Sequence record: NC_048048.2
DNA: 64,000 nucleotides
Reading direction: 5' to 3' (one strand)
Below the pieces are notes generated by a model. It ran no database searches. It was not told the DNA's origin and worked only from the letters and a program-made list of their open reading frames with translations. Positions 43,460 through 54,500 of this stretch are shown one piece after another. Positions within the stretch are counted from its first letter, which is position 1; every line of letters begins with the position of its first letter. A program made the translations under genes and the position numbers.

Positions 43460-46400
43460 ATGGCGCAAGCAGCCGCGTTCGCCGCGACCCAGGCCCTGAA
43501 GATCGGGATCAGCTATCTGTTCCCGAGCGAAGGGCCGCGCCTGAAGGACCTCAAGCTCACCGCCTCGACCTACGGCGCGGCGATCCCGTGGGTGTTCGGC
43601 ATGATGCGCGTGCCGGGCAACATGATCTGGGCCAAGCCGATCCGCGAGAAGAAGAAGAAGAAGTTCGCCGGCAAGGGTGGCTTCTACAACCAGTACACCT
43701 ACTTTGGCACCTTCGCCATGGCGCTCTGCAAGGGGCCGGTCAAGTCGATCCTGCGCATCTGGGCCGACAACAAGATCATCTATGACGCCACGGCCGGCAC
43801 GCCGCGCAAGGAAGGCACCCTGCCGTCCGGCACGCTCAAGCAGTACATCCGCACCTTGGCCCTGGAAGCCGGCGCCCAGATCACCTCGTCCAAGTACAAG
43901 ATGCGCTTCTATACCGGCTCGGAGACTCAAGTCCCCGACTCGACCATGGACGCGCACCTGGGCGTGGGCAACGCGCCCGCCTTCCGAGGCACCGCCTACA
44001 TCCTCTTCGACGACATCCCACTGGCCGACTTCGGCAACCGCATCCCGCAGATCACCGCCGAGGTCTTCATCGGCGAGTTGAACGAGACGGTGATCGTCGA
44101 GAACCTCTACGAGGCCGACGGCGACACGCCCCTGGCCACGGACTATTCGGTGACCGACGCGGCCTTCGACTGGACCCGCAACTACGGCTACCTGCGCTAT
44201 GGGACCTCGGTGACCCAGGTCAACCTGCGCACCTATCAGGCGGTCAAGACCTTTTCGACCAGCGAGTTCCTGTTCCCCGGCGGGGCCGAGATCGCCAAGC
44301 TGCATGCCTGCGGCCAGGACAGCTTCGTCTACGCCACCTATGGCCCAGACGGTCCCACCATGCCCCTGGCGAGGCTCGATCCCTACTCCTTGCAGATGGT
44401 CGCCAGCCAGACGCTCGACAAGCCTCTGGAGGTTTCGACCGCGACCGACAGCACCGCGATCGAGCACGTCATCGCCATCTCCGAGACCGGCGGCTTTACG
44501 GTGATGAAGGCCGCCGACCTTTCGGTCGAGGGGACTGGCCAGATCGGCTCTGGACCGCATGCGGGCAACTACAAGGTCTGCGCGCGCGACCCGGATGTCA
44601 CCACCAAGTCGACCTTCTATGTCTTCCACAAGGAGGACGACAGCACGCTCAAGCTGGTGCGGATCAACGGCGCGGGCCAGAACGTCGTCGACACCATGGT
44701 CGGCACGGGCATGGAAGTGGGCGGGGCCTTCTGGGACACCGTGATCCCCGGCGTCGTCCTCTTCTGGCGCTCGGGCGGCCAAGCCTATATCTCCAAGTGG
44801 GGCGAGGATCGCGGCGCCGAGGTTTGGCGCGCGTCCATCCCTGGCTATCCCGAGCGCTTTGATGCCCAGACCCGGATCAACGGTCAGCTTTTCTGCTGGG
44901 AGTACGGCAGCGCCCTCTTTGGCGTCGACACCTCCGATGGCCAGTTCAAGGACCAGATCGTCGATCCGGCGACGGGCGAGGAGAACGCCAACGTCGGCAA
45001 GGTCGACTGGAACGACTACATGGTTCGCTATCCCGACGTCGAGGCCGCGTGGCTTTCGTCGGGGACCTCCGTGGCCGGATCGCGCGAGGGCTTTGCCCAG
45101 TGGCACTATGAGAACTACGGCAAGAATGAAGGCCGCACCCTGACCTACATCGGCCAGGGCCAGGGCGAGGGCTTCCCGCTGCCGGAAGCCTTCTCGGGCG
45201 AGCATGCCGTGCTTCAGGCCTTCAGCCCCCAGCAGGGCCTCCTGGTCGCGCTCGGCGGCATCGACGGCATCGTGCGCGTTAACACCATTTCCTCCGGCGT
45301 CAGCGTCGCCACGGTGCTGGAGCGCCTGTTCCTGGAGGCGGGCCTGACCTCGGCCCAGATGGACCTCAACACCCTCTACCAGATTCCGATCCGAGGCTAC
45401 GGCTGGGCCAACGGCACCGACATCAAGTCGATCGTCGACGAACTGGGCCGGCTCTACCTGTTCGACATCTCCGAGCGCCAGGGGGTGATGACCGCCATTC
45501 CGCGCGCGCCTGATAACGAATACGGTCCCTCCACCCAGACCATTCCGCAAAACGCCCTGGGCTCCACGAGCCCCGACGCCGTCGATTTCTGGCAGGAAAC
45601 CCGCCTCCAGGAAGTCGATCTGCCGGCCCAGGTCTCGCTGACCTACATGAATTGGGACCAGGACTATGAGACCGGCGTGGCCCGCTCCAAGCGGATCACC
45701 AGCCCGACCCCGACCATGTTCTCGCGCCAGCAGGTCAACCTGGAAATGAACATGGTCATGTCGCCCACCGAGGCGAAGATCGTGGTCAACAAGATTCTCT
45801 ACTCGCAATGGGGCGAGCGCACCAAGCACACTACCACCCTGCCCTGGGCGCTCCTGGACCTCGACCCGTCCGATATCGTCACAGTCGAGTTCAACGACGG
45901 CCGCTCCTATATCGAGCGCGTCCACCGTCTGGAGTTCGGCGCCGACTATCACTTGGCCTTCGAATCCTATGGCCAGGACAGCGGCGCCTACGAGAACTGG
46001 GAGGAGATCACCACGGCCGATGGCGGCGACGGCAAGACCCCTGCCGTCCTGGACGACGCGCCGCGCACGGCTATTCCGTTCATCCTCAACACGCCGCTGC
46101 TGCGCGATGGCGACGACACCAACGGCGCGATGTCGCGCTACTATGTCGGCATCGGCAACGGCTACCCCGGCGCCTACAAGGGCGCTGGCCTCTTCAAGTC
46201 GAACAACCTTCTCGACTACACCCAGATCGACGGCGGGGACAACGACGTCGAGTGGGCCACGGTCGTGGGCAAGCTGCCGCCGCCCCATGCAGGCCCCTTC
46301 TCGATGGATTGGCAGACGCGCCTGCGCTTGGTGCCGGCCGTGCCGTGGTTCGAGCTTGAATCCATCACTGATTCGGAGCTTTGGCAGGGCCTCAACCCGG

Positions 46401-47065
46401 TCATCGTCGGCGACGAGGTCATCCAGTTCCGCGACGCGATCGAGAACGACGACGGCACCTGGACGATCTGGAACCTGCTGCGCGGCCGGCGCGGGACCGA
46501 ATATGCCTGCGACAATCACGCCAATGGCGAGCGCTTCATCTTCCTGAACGACGCCACGATCGCCCAGCAGGCCGAGGTCCTCAACGCCCGAGGCCAAGCG
46601 CGCTATTTCAAGGCCGTGGCCCAGGACCGCACGCTCCAGGAAACCACCGCCACCACGATCCTCTACGAGCCGCGCGACCTGATGCCCTACGCGCCGGTCG
46701 ACATCCGCCGCGAGTTCGCCACCGACAACAGCCTCGACATCTCCTGGTCGCGCCGCACCCGCTACGGTGGCGGCATGATGGATGGCACCGGCGAAGTGCC
46801 CCTGGGCGAGCGGTACGAAAAGTACGAGGTCTATGTGCTGCCGGCGCCGTTCTCCGGCGATCTTTCGCGCGGCGCCGAGCCGGTGGGCTACACCCGCAAG
46901 TTCGAGACCGGCGCTCCCTCCATCAGCTACACGCCGGACATGCAGACGGTCGACGGGTTCAACCAGACGACCGATACGCTGCATCTGGCCATCTACCAGC
47001 TTTCCGACGCCGTGGGCCGAGGCTTTCCCGGCGTTCGCTCGATCCTCCCAACCAATCCGTTCTAA
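43460..47065 (+). CDS. GTA-like host-specificity/central baseplate protein, copy 1 (1201 aa)
   Basis: ASTYGAAIP...GNMIWA, PAFRGTAY...FGNRIPQITAEV, EVIQF...LLRGRRGTE motifs. Confidence 0.9.
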   Translation: MAQAAAFAATQALKIGISYLFPSEGPRLKDLKLTASTYGAAIPWVFGMMRVPGNMIWAKPIREKKKKKFAGKGGFYNQYTYFGTFAMALCKGPVKSILRIWADNKIIYDATAGTPRKEGTLPSGTLKQYIRTLALEAGAQITSSKYKMRFYTGSETQVPDSTMDAHLGVGNAPAFRGTAYILFDDIPLADFGNRIPQITAEVFIGELNETVIVENLYEADGDTPLATDYSVTDAAFDWTRNYGYLRYGTSVTQVNLRTYQAVKTFSTSEFLFPGGAEIAKLHACGQDSFVYATYGPDGPTMPLARLDPYSLQMVASQTLDKPLEVSTATDSTAIEHVIAISETGGFTVMKAADLSVEGTGQIGSGPHAGNYKVCARDPDVTTKSTFYVFHKEDDSTLKLVRINGAGQNVVDTMVGTGMEVGGAFWDTVIPGVVLFWRSGGQAYISKWGEDRGAEVWRASIPGYPERFDAQTRINGQLFCWEYGSALFGVDTSDGQFKDQIVDPATGEENANVGKVDWNDYMVRYPDVEAAWLSSGTSVAGSREGFAQWHYENYGKNEGRTLTYIGQGQGEGFPLPEAFSGEHAVLQAFSPQQGLLVALGGIDGIVRVNTISSGVSVATVLERLFLEAGLTSAQMDLNTLYQIPIRGYGWANGTDIKSIVDELGRLYLFDISERQGVMTAIPRAPDNEYGPSTQTIPQNALGSTSPDAVDFWQETRLQEVDLPAQVSLTYMNWDQDYETGVARSKRITSPTPTMFSRQQVNLEMNMVMSPTEAKIVVNKILYSQWGERTKHTTTLPWALLDLDPSDIVTVEFNDGRSYIERVHRLEFGADYHLAFESYGQDSGAYENWEEITTADGGDGKTPAVLDDAPRTAIPFILNTPLLRDGDDTNGAMSRYYVGIGNGYPGAYKGAGLFKSNNLLDYTQIDGGDNDVEWATVVGKLPPPHAGPFSMDWQTRLRLVPAVPWFELESITDSELWQGLNPVIVGDEVIQFRDAIENDDGTWTIWNLLRGRRGTEYACDNHANGERFIFLNDATIAQQAEVLNARGQARYFKAVAQDRTLQETTATTILYEPRDLMPYAPVDIRREFATDNSLDISWSRRTRYGGGMMDGTGEVPLGERYEKYEVYVLPAPFSGDLSRGAEPVGYTRKFETGAPSISYTPDMQTVDGFNQTTDTLHLAIYQLSDAVGRGFPGVRSILPTNPF

Positions 47066-50000
47066 TGGCCGATCAGCTTTTCTCCTTCGCCACCGACAAT
47101 GCCGCCATGATCGGGGTCAGCTACCTGTTCCCGAGCAAGGGGCCGCGTCTGAAGGATTTGAAGATGAGCGCCTCGACCTACGGGGCGGCCATCCCGATCG
47201 TCTTTGGCGTGACGCGCGTACCGGGCAACATGATCTGGGGCACCAAGATCAAGGAGCACAAGCGCAAGAAGCTTTCGATCGCCGGCAAGGGCGGCTTCTA
47301 CATCAAGTACACCTACACCGCCTCGGTGGCCTTCGCCTTCTGCAAGGGGCCGATCTCGCAGTTTCGCCGCATCTGGGCCGACGGCAAGGTCATCTATGAT
47401 GTGACCGGCGCGAGCAAGAAGACCAACAACGACAAGTACAAGATTCGCTTCTACCTGGGCAACGAGGAGCAGAACCCCAACTCGACGATCGAGGCCGACT
47501 TGGGCGTCGGCAACACGCCGGCCTTCCGGGGTCTGGCCTATATGGTCATTGAAGACATGCCGCTGGAGGACTTCGGAAATCATATTCCGCAGATCACCGC
47601 CGAAGTCTACAACATGCAGAAGTTCTTCGACACGCCCCAGGTGCCTGTCACTGCTTATGTCGAGGATGGGACGCCACGCCCTCTGAGCTATTATGGCAAT
47701 GCGTTCTCGGCCGACGTCACGCGTGGATACTTCTACCTGACGGACCCGTTCTTCAAGAATACAGGCAAGACTCATCTGCGCCGCTTCAGCCTGAACACGG
47801 GCAAGGAAGACATGGCCATCCTGCCGGCGTTCATCAACACGGCCCAGGGCGTGGGCATCTACGACGATCAATCGCTGCTCTACCTGCATGCGGTCAAGCG
47901 CGATGGCACCCTGTTTGTGTCGAACGGCGGCCTCAACAACTACGTCGCCGCCTCGCTGATCGAGCCTCAAGGCTACAACACCATCGCCACCCAGGGCATG
48001 TCGGACGCGTTTGGCCGTCCCAATCCGATCCTGGGCCTGGAGGTTGGCTATCCGCCCACCGACGGCTCGGCGCGCACGAGCGCCTATTCGCTCAGCAGTA
48101 GTGGTCAGGAGATGGCGCTTTGGTGGGGGCTCTTTGGCGACGTCACCACCTTCGACATCACCGATCCGATCCAGTTTCAGCGCGTGGGCGGCACGACGTG
48201 GCCCACGCGCATTGGCTCGGTCTACCATGGCGTCGTGGTTTGTGGCTCCATCGGCCTGAAGACCTGCCAGTTCTATGGTGCGATCACCTCCGAAGAGGAC
48301 GCCGACGCCCTCTATATCGACCTCTACGACATCACCAACGGCGGCGGCGGACCCCTCCTGGGCCGCCTGGAGCGCAAGTTCGCCGGGCTTGGCTTCATGC
48401 CCTACTGGATCATGTACGATGAGAGTGATCCAGGCATCCTCATGGTCTATTCCGAAGGCGACCAATCCGTCTGGATGGCCAAGTTCTCCCTGGAGAAGAT
48501 GGAGTGGAAGTGGCGCAAGCAGGTGGCTTACGACGCCCGCAGCCTCGACCCTCGCCTGGGTCGGATCGTCAACGGCCAGTATCCCTGGATTCAGTCGACG
48601 CCCTTTGGCCCCACGGACGTGGCCATCTATATCATCGACACCCGCACCGGCTCCTATGTGCTGCCCAACAACACCGCCGATGCGCCTCCCGAACTCTATG
48701 CGCCGGAGGACATTCAAAGCCCCTATGTCAGTGACGAGGACTATCACGGCATCCCGGTCGACAAGCCGGGATTGACGGCGGTTGGCTCGCAGTTCTTCAA
48801 CTGGACCAATTACAGCATCGTCTCGGTGTCGACCTTCGCCGGGGTAGGCGATAACCGCATCACCTTCCTGGGCGGCAAGATCGGCTATTGCAGCCTGGGT
48901 TTCATCTGCGACCGCCTGCTGCGCATGGCCGGCCTGACCTCGTCGCAGATCGACATGTCGCGCCTGATGGACACCGAGGTCCTGGGCTACGGCTGGGCGC
49001 AGTCGACCGACCTGAAGTCGGTGCTCGACCAGTTGAAGATGATCTACCTCTTCGACATCGTCGAGAGCGATGGCAAGCTGACGGGCTTCTTGCGCACCGA
49101 GGGCGGCAATGACGGCCTGCCGGTCGCCCAGATCAAGAAGGCCGCCCTGGGCTCGACGGGACCGGACGCGGTCGACTACTGGACCGAAACGCGCCTGCAA
49201 GAGGCTGAAATCCCTCAGAAGGTCTCGCTGACCTACCTCAACTACGATCGCGATTTCCAGGAATCGGTCGCCCATTCCAAGCGCATCAGCAGTCCGGCGC
49301 GGACCATGCAGTCCGAGCAACTGGTCGCCATCGAGGCCAATCTGGTCCTCAAGCCGGCCGAGGCCAAGGAGCGTGTCAACCACATGCTCTATGACCAGTG
49401 GAACGAGCGCACGCGTCACACCACTCACCTGCCGTGGGCCTATCTTGATCTGGACCCTTCCGACTGGGTCGAGGTGCGCCTGGATGATGACCGCACCTAT
49501 GCCGACCGTATCCAGCGCACCGAGATCGGCGCGGACTTCTCGATCGCCGTCGAAGCCTACGGCCGCGACGGCGGCGCCTACGAGCCCCTCGAACAGGAAG
49601 CTGACGGTGGCGTGAGCCCGCCCCAGGTCATCTATGATCCAGGTCAGGCGGTCCCCTTCGTGATCAACACCCCGCTGCTGCGCGATAGCGACGATAGCGG
49701 CGGCAACATGAGCGTCTTCTACTACGGGGTGGGCAACAACACCGATCGCCCATTCGATGGCGCCAGCCTGTTCCGTTCGATCAACGACCTGGACTATGAC
49801 GAACTCGACACCTTTGACAAGGAAGTCGAATGGGGCGTGACCACCATTGCCTTGCCGGCCCCGCCCACCGGGGACTTCGCCCTGGACTGGAAGACGCGAC
49901 TGATCATCCAGCCCTACACCAAGTCGTTCGAGCTTGAATCGATCACCGACGACGAGCTTTGGGCCGGACAGAACGCGGCCCTGATCGGCAATGAGGTCAT

Positions 50001-50673
50001 CCAGTTCCGAGACGCGGTCGAAAACTCCGACGGGACCTGGACCATCTGGAACCTGCTGCGCGGACGTCGGGGCACCGAGTACGCGGCCGAGGCGCACGTC
50101 AAGGGCGATCGCTTCATTGTCCTTCAAAACGAGGGCACCTTGGAGAAGGCCGGCGAGACGATCGATGTCATCGGGCAGTTTCGCTATTACAAGGCCGTGG
50201 CCAAGGCCCAGAAGCTCGAAGACGGCCTCAAGCAAACGCTCATCTATTATCCCCGCGATCTGATGCCCTATGCCCCCAAGGACATCCGGCGCACGATCAA
50301 CGGCGATGGGACCATGACCTTCACCTGGAAGCGTCGTACCCGTATGGGCGGCGGCTTGCAGGACAACACCGGCACGGTGCCGCTCAACGAAACGACCGAG
50401 CGCTACGAAATCTACATCTACGTCGGTTACGACTTCCCCTTCTTTTTCGATATCTCGACCGGCGGGATCGATCCGACCCTGGCGGTCGCCCAGGCGACGA
50501 CCACAACTAACAGTTTTGTCTGGAACTATTCCAACCTCAAGAATAGCTTGTCACTCCCCGTGACATTTGACGTCAATCTTGACAGGGTGACGTGCATAGT
50601 CTATCAAGTTTCATCCGCTGTTGGACGCGGATTCCCCGGTTGGCGTGTGATCGAGCCGTGGCGGACCTTCTAG
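47065..50673 (+). CDS. GTA-like host-specificity/central baseplate protein, copy 2 (1202 aa)
   Basis: TAATG coupling gives start 47065; same N- and C-terminal motifs as copy 1 with a different centre. Confidence 0.9.
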   Translation: MADQLFSFATDNAAMIGVSYLFPSKGPRLKDLKMSASTYGAAIPIVFGVTRVPGNMIWGTKIKEHKRKKLSIAGKGGFYIKYTYTASVAFAFCKGPISQFRRIWADGKVIYDVTGASKKTNNDKYKIRFYLGNEEQNPNSTIEADLGVGNTPAFRGLAYMVIEDMPLEDFGNHIPQITAEVYNMQKFFDTPQVPVTAYVEDGTPRPLSYYGNAFSADVTRGYFYLTDPFFKNTGKTHLRRFSLNTGKEDMAILPAFINTAQGVGIYDDQSLLYLHAVKRDGTLFVSNGGLNNYVAASLIEPQGYNTIATQGMSDAFGRPNPILGLEVGYPPTDGSARTSAYSLSSSGQEMALWWGLFGDVTTFDITDPIQFQRVGGTTWPTRIGSVYHGVVVCGSIGLKTCQFYGAITSEEDADALYIDLYDITNGGGGPLLGRLERKFAGLGFMPYWIMYDESDPGILMVYSEGDQSVWMAKFSLEKMEWKWRKQVAYDARSLDPRLGRIVNGQYPWIQSTPFGPTDVAIYIIDTRTGSYVLPNNTADAPPELYAPEDIQSPYVSDEDYHGIPVDKPGLTAVGSQFFNWTNYSIVSVSTFAGVGDNRITFLGGKIGYCSLGFICDRLLRMAGLTSSQIDMSRLMDTEVLGYGWAQSTDLKSVLDQLKMIYLFDIVESDGKLTGFLRTEGGNDGLPVAQIKKAALGSTGPDAVDYWTETRLQEAEIPQKVSLTYLNYDRDFQESVAHSKRISSPARTMQSEQLVAIEANLVLKPAEAKERVNHMLYDQWNERTRHTTHLPWAYLDLDPSDWVEVRLDDDRTYADRIQRTEIGADFSIAVEAYGRDGGAYEPLEQEADGGVSPPQVIYDPGQAVPFVINTPLLRDSDDSGGNMSVFYYGVGNNTDRPFDGASLFRSINDLDYDELDTFDKEVEWGVTTIALPAPPTGDFALDWKTRLIIQPYTKSFELESITDDELWAGQNAALIGNEVIQFRDAVENSDGTWTIWNLLRGRRGTEYAAEAHVKGDRFIVLQNEGTLEKAGETIDVIGQFRYYKAVAKAQKLEDGLKQTLIYYPRDLMPYAPKDIRRTINGDGTMTFTWKRRTRMGGGLQDNTGTVPLNETTERYEIYIYVGYDFPFFFDISTGGIDPTLAVAQATTTTNSFVWNYSNLKNSLSLPVTFDVNLDRVTCIVYQVSSAVGRGFPGWRVIEPWRTF

Positions 50674-50721
50674 GTCTCGCCCACGGACCCACGCTGGCGC
50701 GCGCTTTTCTCCCTGGAAAAC

Positions 50722-51552
50722 ATGGCCAATTCGCCCATCCTCAACCTGCCTCAGGTTGCGCCCAATCAGAATCAAAAAGAGACCACGATCAACACCGCCC
50801 AGGGCATCCTGGAAGCGGCGATGAACGATGGGATCAATCTCGCTGTCGCGGCCAATCGCGTCCTGACCTCGGACGAGTACACCAGGGCCTTCATGCTGAC
50901 GCTGACGGGCCTGACCAGCGAGTTCACCGTCTCCGCCCCGGCCACCAAGCGCTTCTTCGCCGTCAACAACGCCGGCGCCTCCAACGCCACCATTAAGGTT
51001 AACGGCTCCTCGGGCGCCACCGTTGTGGTCGAGCCGGGTAAGCGGACCTTGATCTACAGCAATGGCGTCGACATGGTCGCCATCAGTTCGGGCAACAGCA
51101 ATCTCGCAGGCATGAGCGACACCGCCGGCGTCGACGACGCCAGCGACGGCCAAGCCCTGGTGTGGGACGCCACCGCCGGCCGCTGGACCCCGGCGGACAT
51201 CCCGGCCGATCACACGATCACCAGCATCGCCAAGCCCACCAACGGCCAGACCCTCTACAAGCACGTCTTCACCCGGACGGTCCGCTTCTACAGCAACTAT
51301 TCCGGCTCGCAGGGCCATGCCGACACCACCGCGACGGCCTCGGCGGTCTTCAACGTCTACAAGAACGCGACCTTGGTCGGTCATGTCACCTTCGCCGCCG
51401 GCTCGGCCACGCCGACCTTCAGCACCGACCTGGGCAGTGGCTCGGTGTCGGTGACCTACGCCCCCGGTGATCGGATCACCGTCACCGCCCCAGCCTCCGC
51501 CGACGCCACCCTGGCGCTTCTGTCCTTCACCCTCAAGGGCGTCTACCTCTAA
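50722..51552 (+). CDS. Short tail fibre/adapter (DUF2793-like N-terminus)
   Basis: PILNLPQVAPNQNQKETTINTA N-terminus shared with the next gene. Confidence 0.75.
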   Translation: MANSPILNLPQVAPNQNQKETTINTAQGILEAAMNDGINLAVAANRVLTSDEYTRAFMLTLTGLTSEFTVSAPATKRFFAVNNAGASNATIKVNGSSGATVVVEPGKRTLIYSNGVDMVAISSGNSNLAGMSDTAGVDDASDGQALVWDATAGRWTPADIPADHTITSIAKPTNGQTLYKHVFTRTVRFYSNYSGSQGHADTTATASAVFNVYKNATLVGHVTFAAGSATPTFSTDLGSGSVSVTYAPGDRITVTAPASADATLALLSFTLKGVYL

Positions 51553-54500
51553 ATGGCCGAATATACGCCCATCCTCCATCTGCCCCAGGTTGCGCCCAAC
51601 CAGGACCAGAAGGAATCGACGATCAACACCAGCCTCGCGATCCTGGAGGCGGCGTCCAACGACACGCTCGAAGTGTCGCTGACCGCCGGTGACGTCACGC
51701 TCAACACCGACGAATATACCAAGTATTTCCATCACCAGTTCTACGGACACACGACGACCCGCACGGTTTCGCTGCCAGCGACCAAGCGTTGGTTCAGTGT
51801 CGAGAACATGGGCACCGCCACCATCACCTTCCAAATCTATGGTTCGGCGGGGCTTTCGGCCGAATTGGCCTCGGGCAAGATTGGACTGGTCGTTTCCGAC
51901 GGCACCAATCTGCGTTTTGTCGTGCCCGACCCTACCAGCGGACTGGGACTGCTGACCGACCTGTCCGACGTCGACGGCGGCCAGACCGATGGACAGCTTC
52001 TGCGCTGGTCGAACGCGTTCAGCGCCTGGAAGCCGTGGACGCTGGATTTCTCGTTCCTGAACCTGAACGACACGCCCAACACCTACGTCGCCAACGTCGG
52101 TAAGCTGGTGGCGGTCAAGGGTGACGGCACGGGCCTGGAGTTCGTCTCCTCGGCCGCCAACGTCAATTCGTTCGTTGATCTGGACGATACGCCCGGCAGC
52201 TACAGCGGTGCGCCCAATCGCACGGTCAAGGTCAACGGTTCGGCCTCGGCGCTGGTGTTCGACTGGCCCAAGCTGACCGAAGCCTCCGATTTCGTGTCGT
52301 CCTACGCCGGCGCGGCCAACAAGTTCCTGCGCGTCAAGGCCGACACGAGCGGCGTGGAACTGCATGCGCCGGTCGTCGCCGATCTCACCGACGGGCCGGG
52401 CGCGCCGACGGGCAACGCCCTGAAGTACCTGCGCGTCAAGGCCGATGGCACGGGCGTCGAGTACGCCACCGGCACCGGCGGCCCCGACGACTTCCTGGAA
52501 CTGCTCGACACCCCCGACAGCTATGCCGGCAAGGGCCTCTATTTCGTGCGCGTCAAGTCCGATGCGACGGGCCTGGACTTCCTGCGCGCCAGCTTCACCG
52601 ACCTGATCGACGTCCCGAGCAGCTACAGCGGCCAGGGCGGCAAGTACGTCAAGGTCAATGGCGGCGGCACGGGCCTGAGCTTCTCGGCGCCCACCGTCCA
52701 GGAACTCTCCAATGGTCCGGGCAACCCGGCCGGCCAGAACGGCAAGGTGGTGCGCGTCAAGACCGACGGCACCGCTCTGGAATACGCCGTCCTGCCGATC
52801 ACCTCGCTCTCGGGCTTTCCGTCGAGCTTTTCGGGCCAGGGTGGCAAGTACCTCCAGGTCAAGGGCGATGAAACCGGTCTCCAGTTCGTCACCACCTCCT
52901 ACACGACCAACTTCCTGGCCCTGACCGATACGCCCAGCAGCTATGCGGGGCAAGCCGGCAAGATTCTGGCCGTCGACCCGACCAGCAGCGGCCTGATCTT
53001 CATCACCCCGCCCAGTGGAGGCGGCGGCGCGACCAAGCTCGACGACCTCAATGACGTCGAATTCCCGACCGGCACGCCGGCCGACGGCATGGTGCTGACC
53101 TTCAGGGGCGGCATGTGGTCGCCGGAAGTCTCGGCGGGCGGCTCGGACGGCACGCTGGAAGGCCTGACGGACGTCGACCTCACTTCGCCGACGGACGGCC
53201 AGACCCTGATCTATCGCGCGGGGTCCTGGGTGAACGAGGACACCGTCGGCATGGGCGTGCCATCGTTCGGCGAGCACACCTACTGGCGCCTGCTGCTGCA
53301 CACCACTGACGGCTCGACCGTTCAGTACGGCATCCAGGAAATCCAGTTCAAGCACACCAAGACCGGCCCCGACATGGCCAATGGCGGTACCGCCTCGGCC
53401 AGCAGTGATGAGTTTGGGACCGTAAGCGGCGCCTTCGACAACGTGATCAGCGGCGCGTGGTTCTCGACCAGCGCCGCCGATGGCGAATGGATCAAGTACC
53501 AGTTCCCCGCCCCGGTCGACGTGCGCTACATGACGATCCAGGGCTCGCAATCCCAGCCCACGACGTCCCCGGCCTCGTTCTCGGTTCAGTTCAGCGACGA
53601 CAACGCCGGCTGGACCACGGCCTGGGAAGTGACCGGACAGACCGGATGGGCGCCGGGCCAGACCCGCGAGTTCCACGCTCCGGTCGATTTCTACTTCACC
53701 GACCTTGCCGATGTGCCTCAGTCCTACATTGGCCAGGGTCTCAAGGCGCTGCGCGTCAACACCGCCGGCACGGCCCTGGAATTCTTCACCTTGCCGTTTG
53801 TCCCGACTCGTATCGGTGATCTGGCGGACGTCGAGATGGGCACCGGCACGCCAGCCGAAGGCGCGGTGCTGACCTGGAAGGATGGCGTCTGGCAGGCCGA
53901 GCCGAACACGGGCGGCGGCGGTGGAGGCGGCGCAAGCTCCTTCCTGGACCTCAACGACACGCCCAACGCCTATGCCGGCGAAGGTGGCAACGCCGTTCGG
54001 GTCAAGATGACCGAGGATGGTCTGGAGTTCTACACCGCAGGAACCGGTGGCGGCGGCGGCGGAGGCTGGCGCGGAGGCTGGGCGGCCGGCGCCGAGCAGG
54101 TCTTCATCGACTTCGAAGATGGCGCCCTCAACCCTGCGTTTACGTACGACGCCTCGGGCTTTGCCGTTGTCACCCAGCCCGACTCCGTGCCGGGCACGAC
54201 CTATGCTCTGAAGTTCCGGCCGATCGGCAACGGCGCGACCTGCTATTGCGAACTGCCGATCGTCGACGTCCTCAATGTGTCGAACCTGAAGGTTCGTTAC
54301 AAGGTCTCTTCCGAAGGGCCTGACTACTTCCGTATTCTCCAAGACGGATCGCAAGTCCACCAAGATAGCGGCAACAATGGACTCTATGAAGAGTTCTCGT
54401 TCGCGACCACAGGCGACCACACGCTTCGTTTCTCCTATTCGAAGGACAATTCGCTCGCGGTCGGCGACGATACCGTCTATATTTCGCAGATTACCTATTA

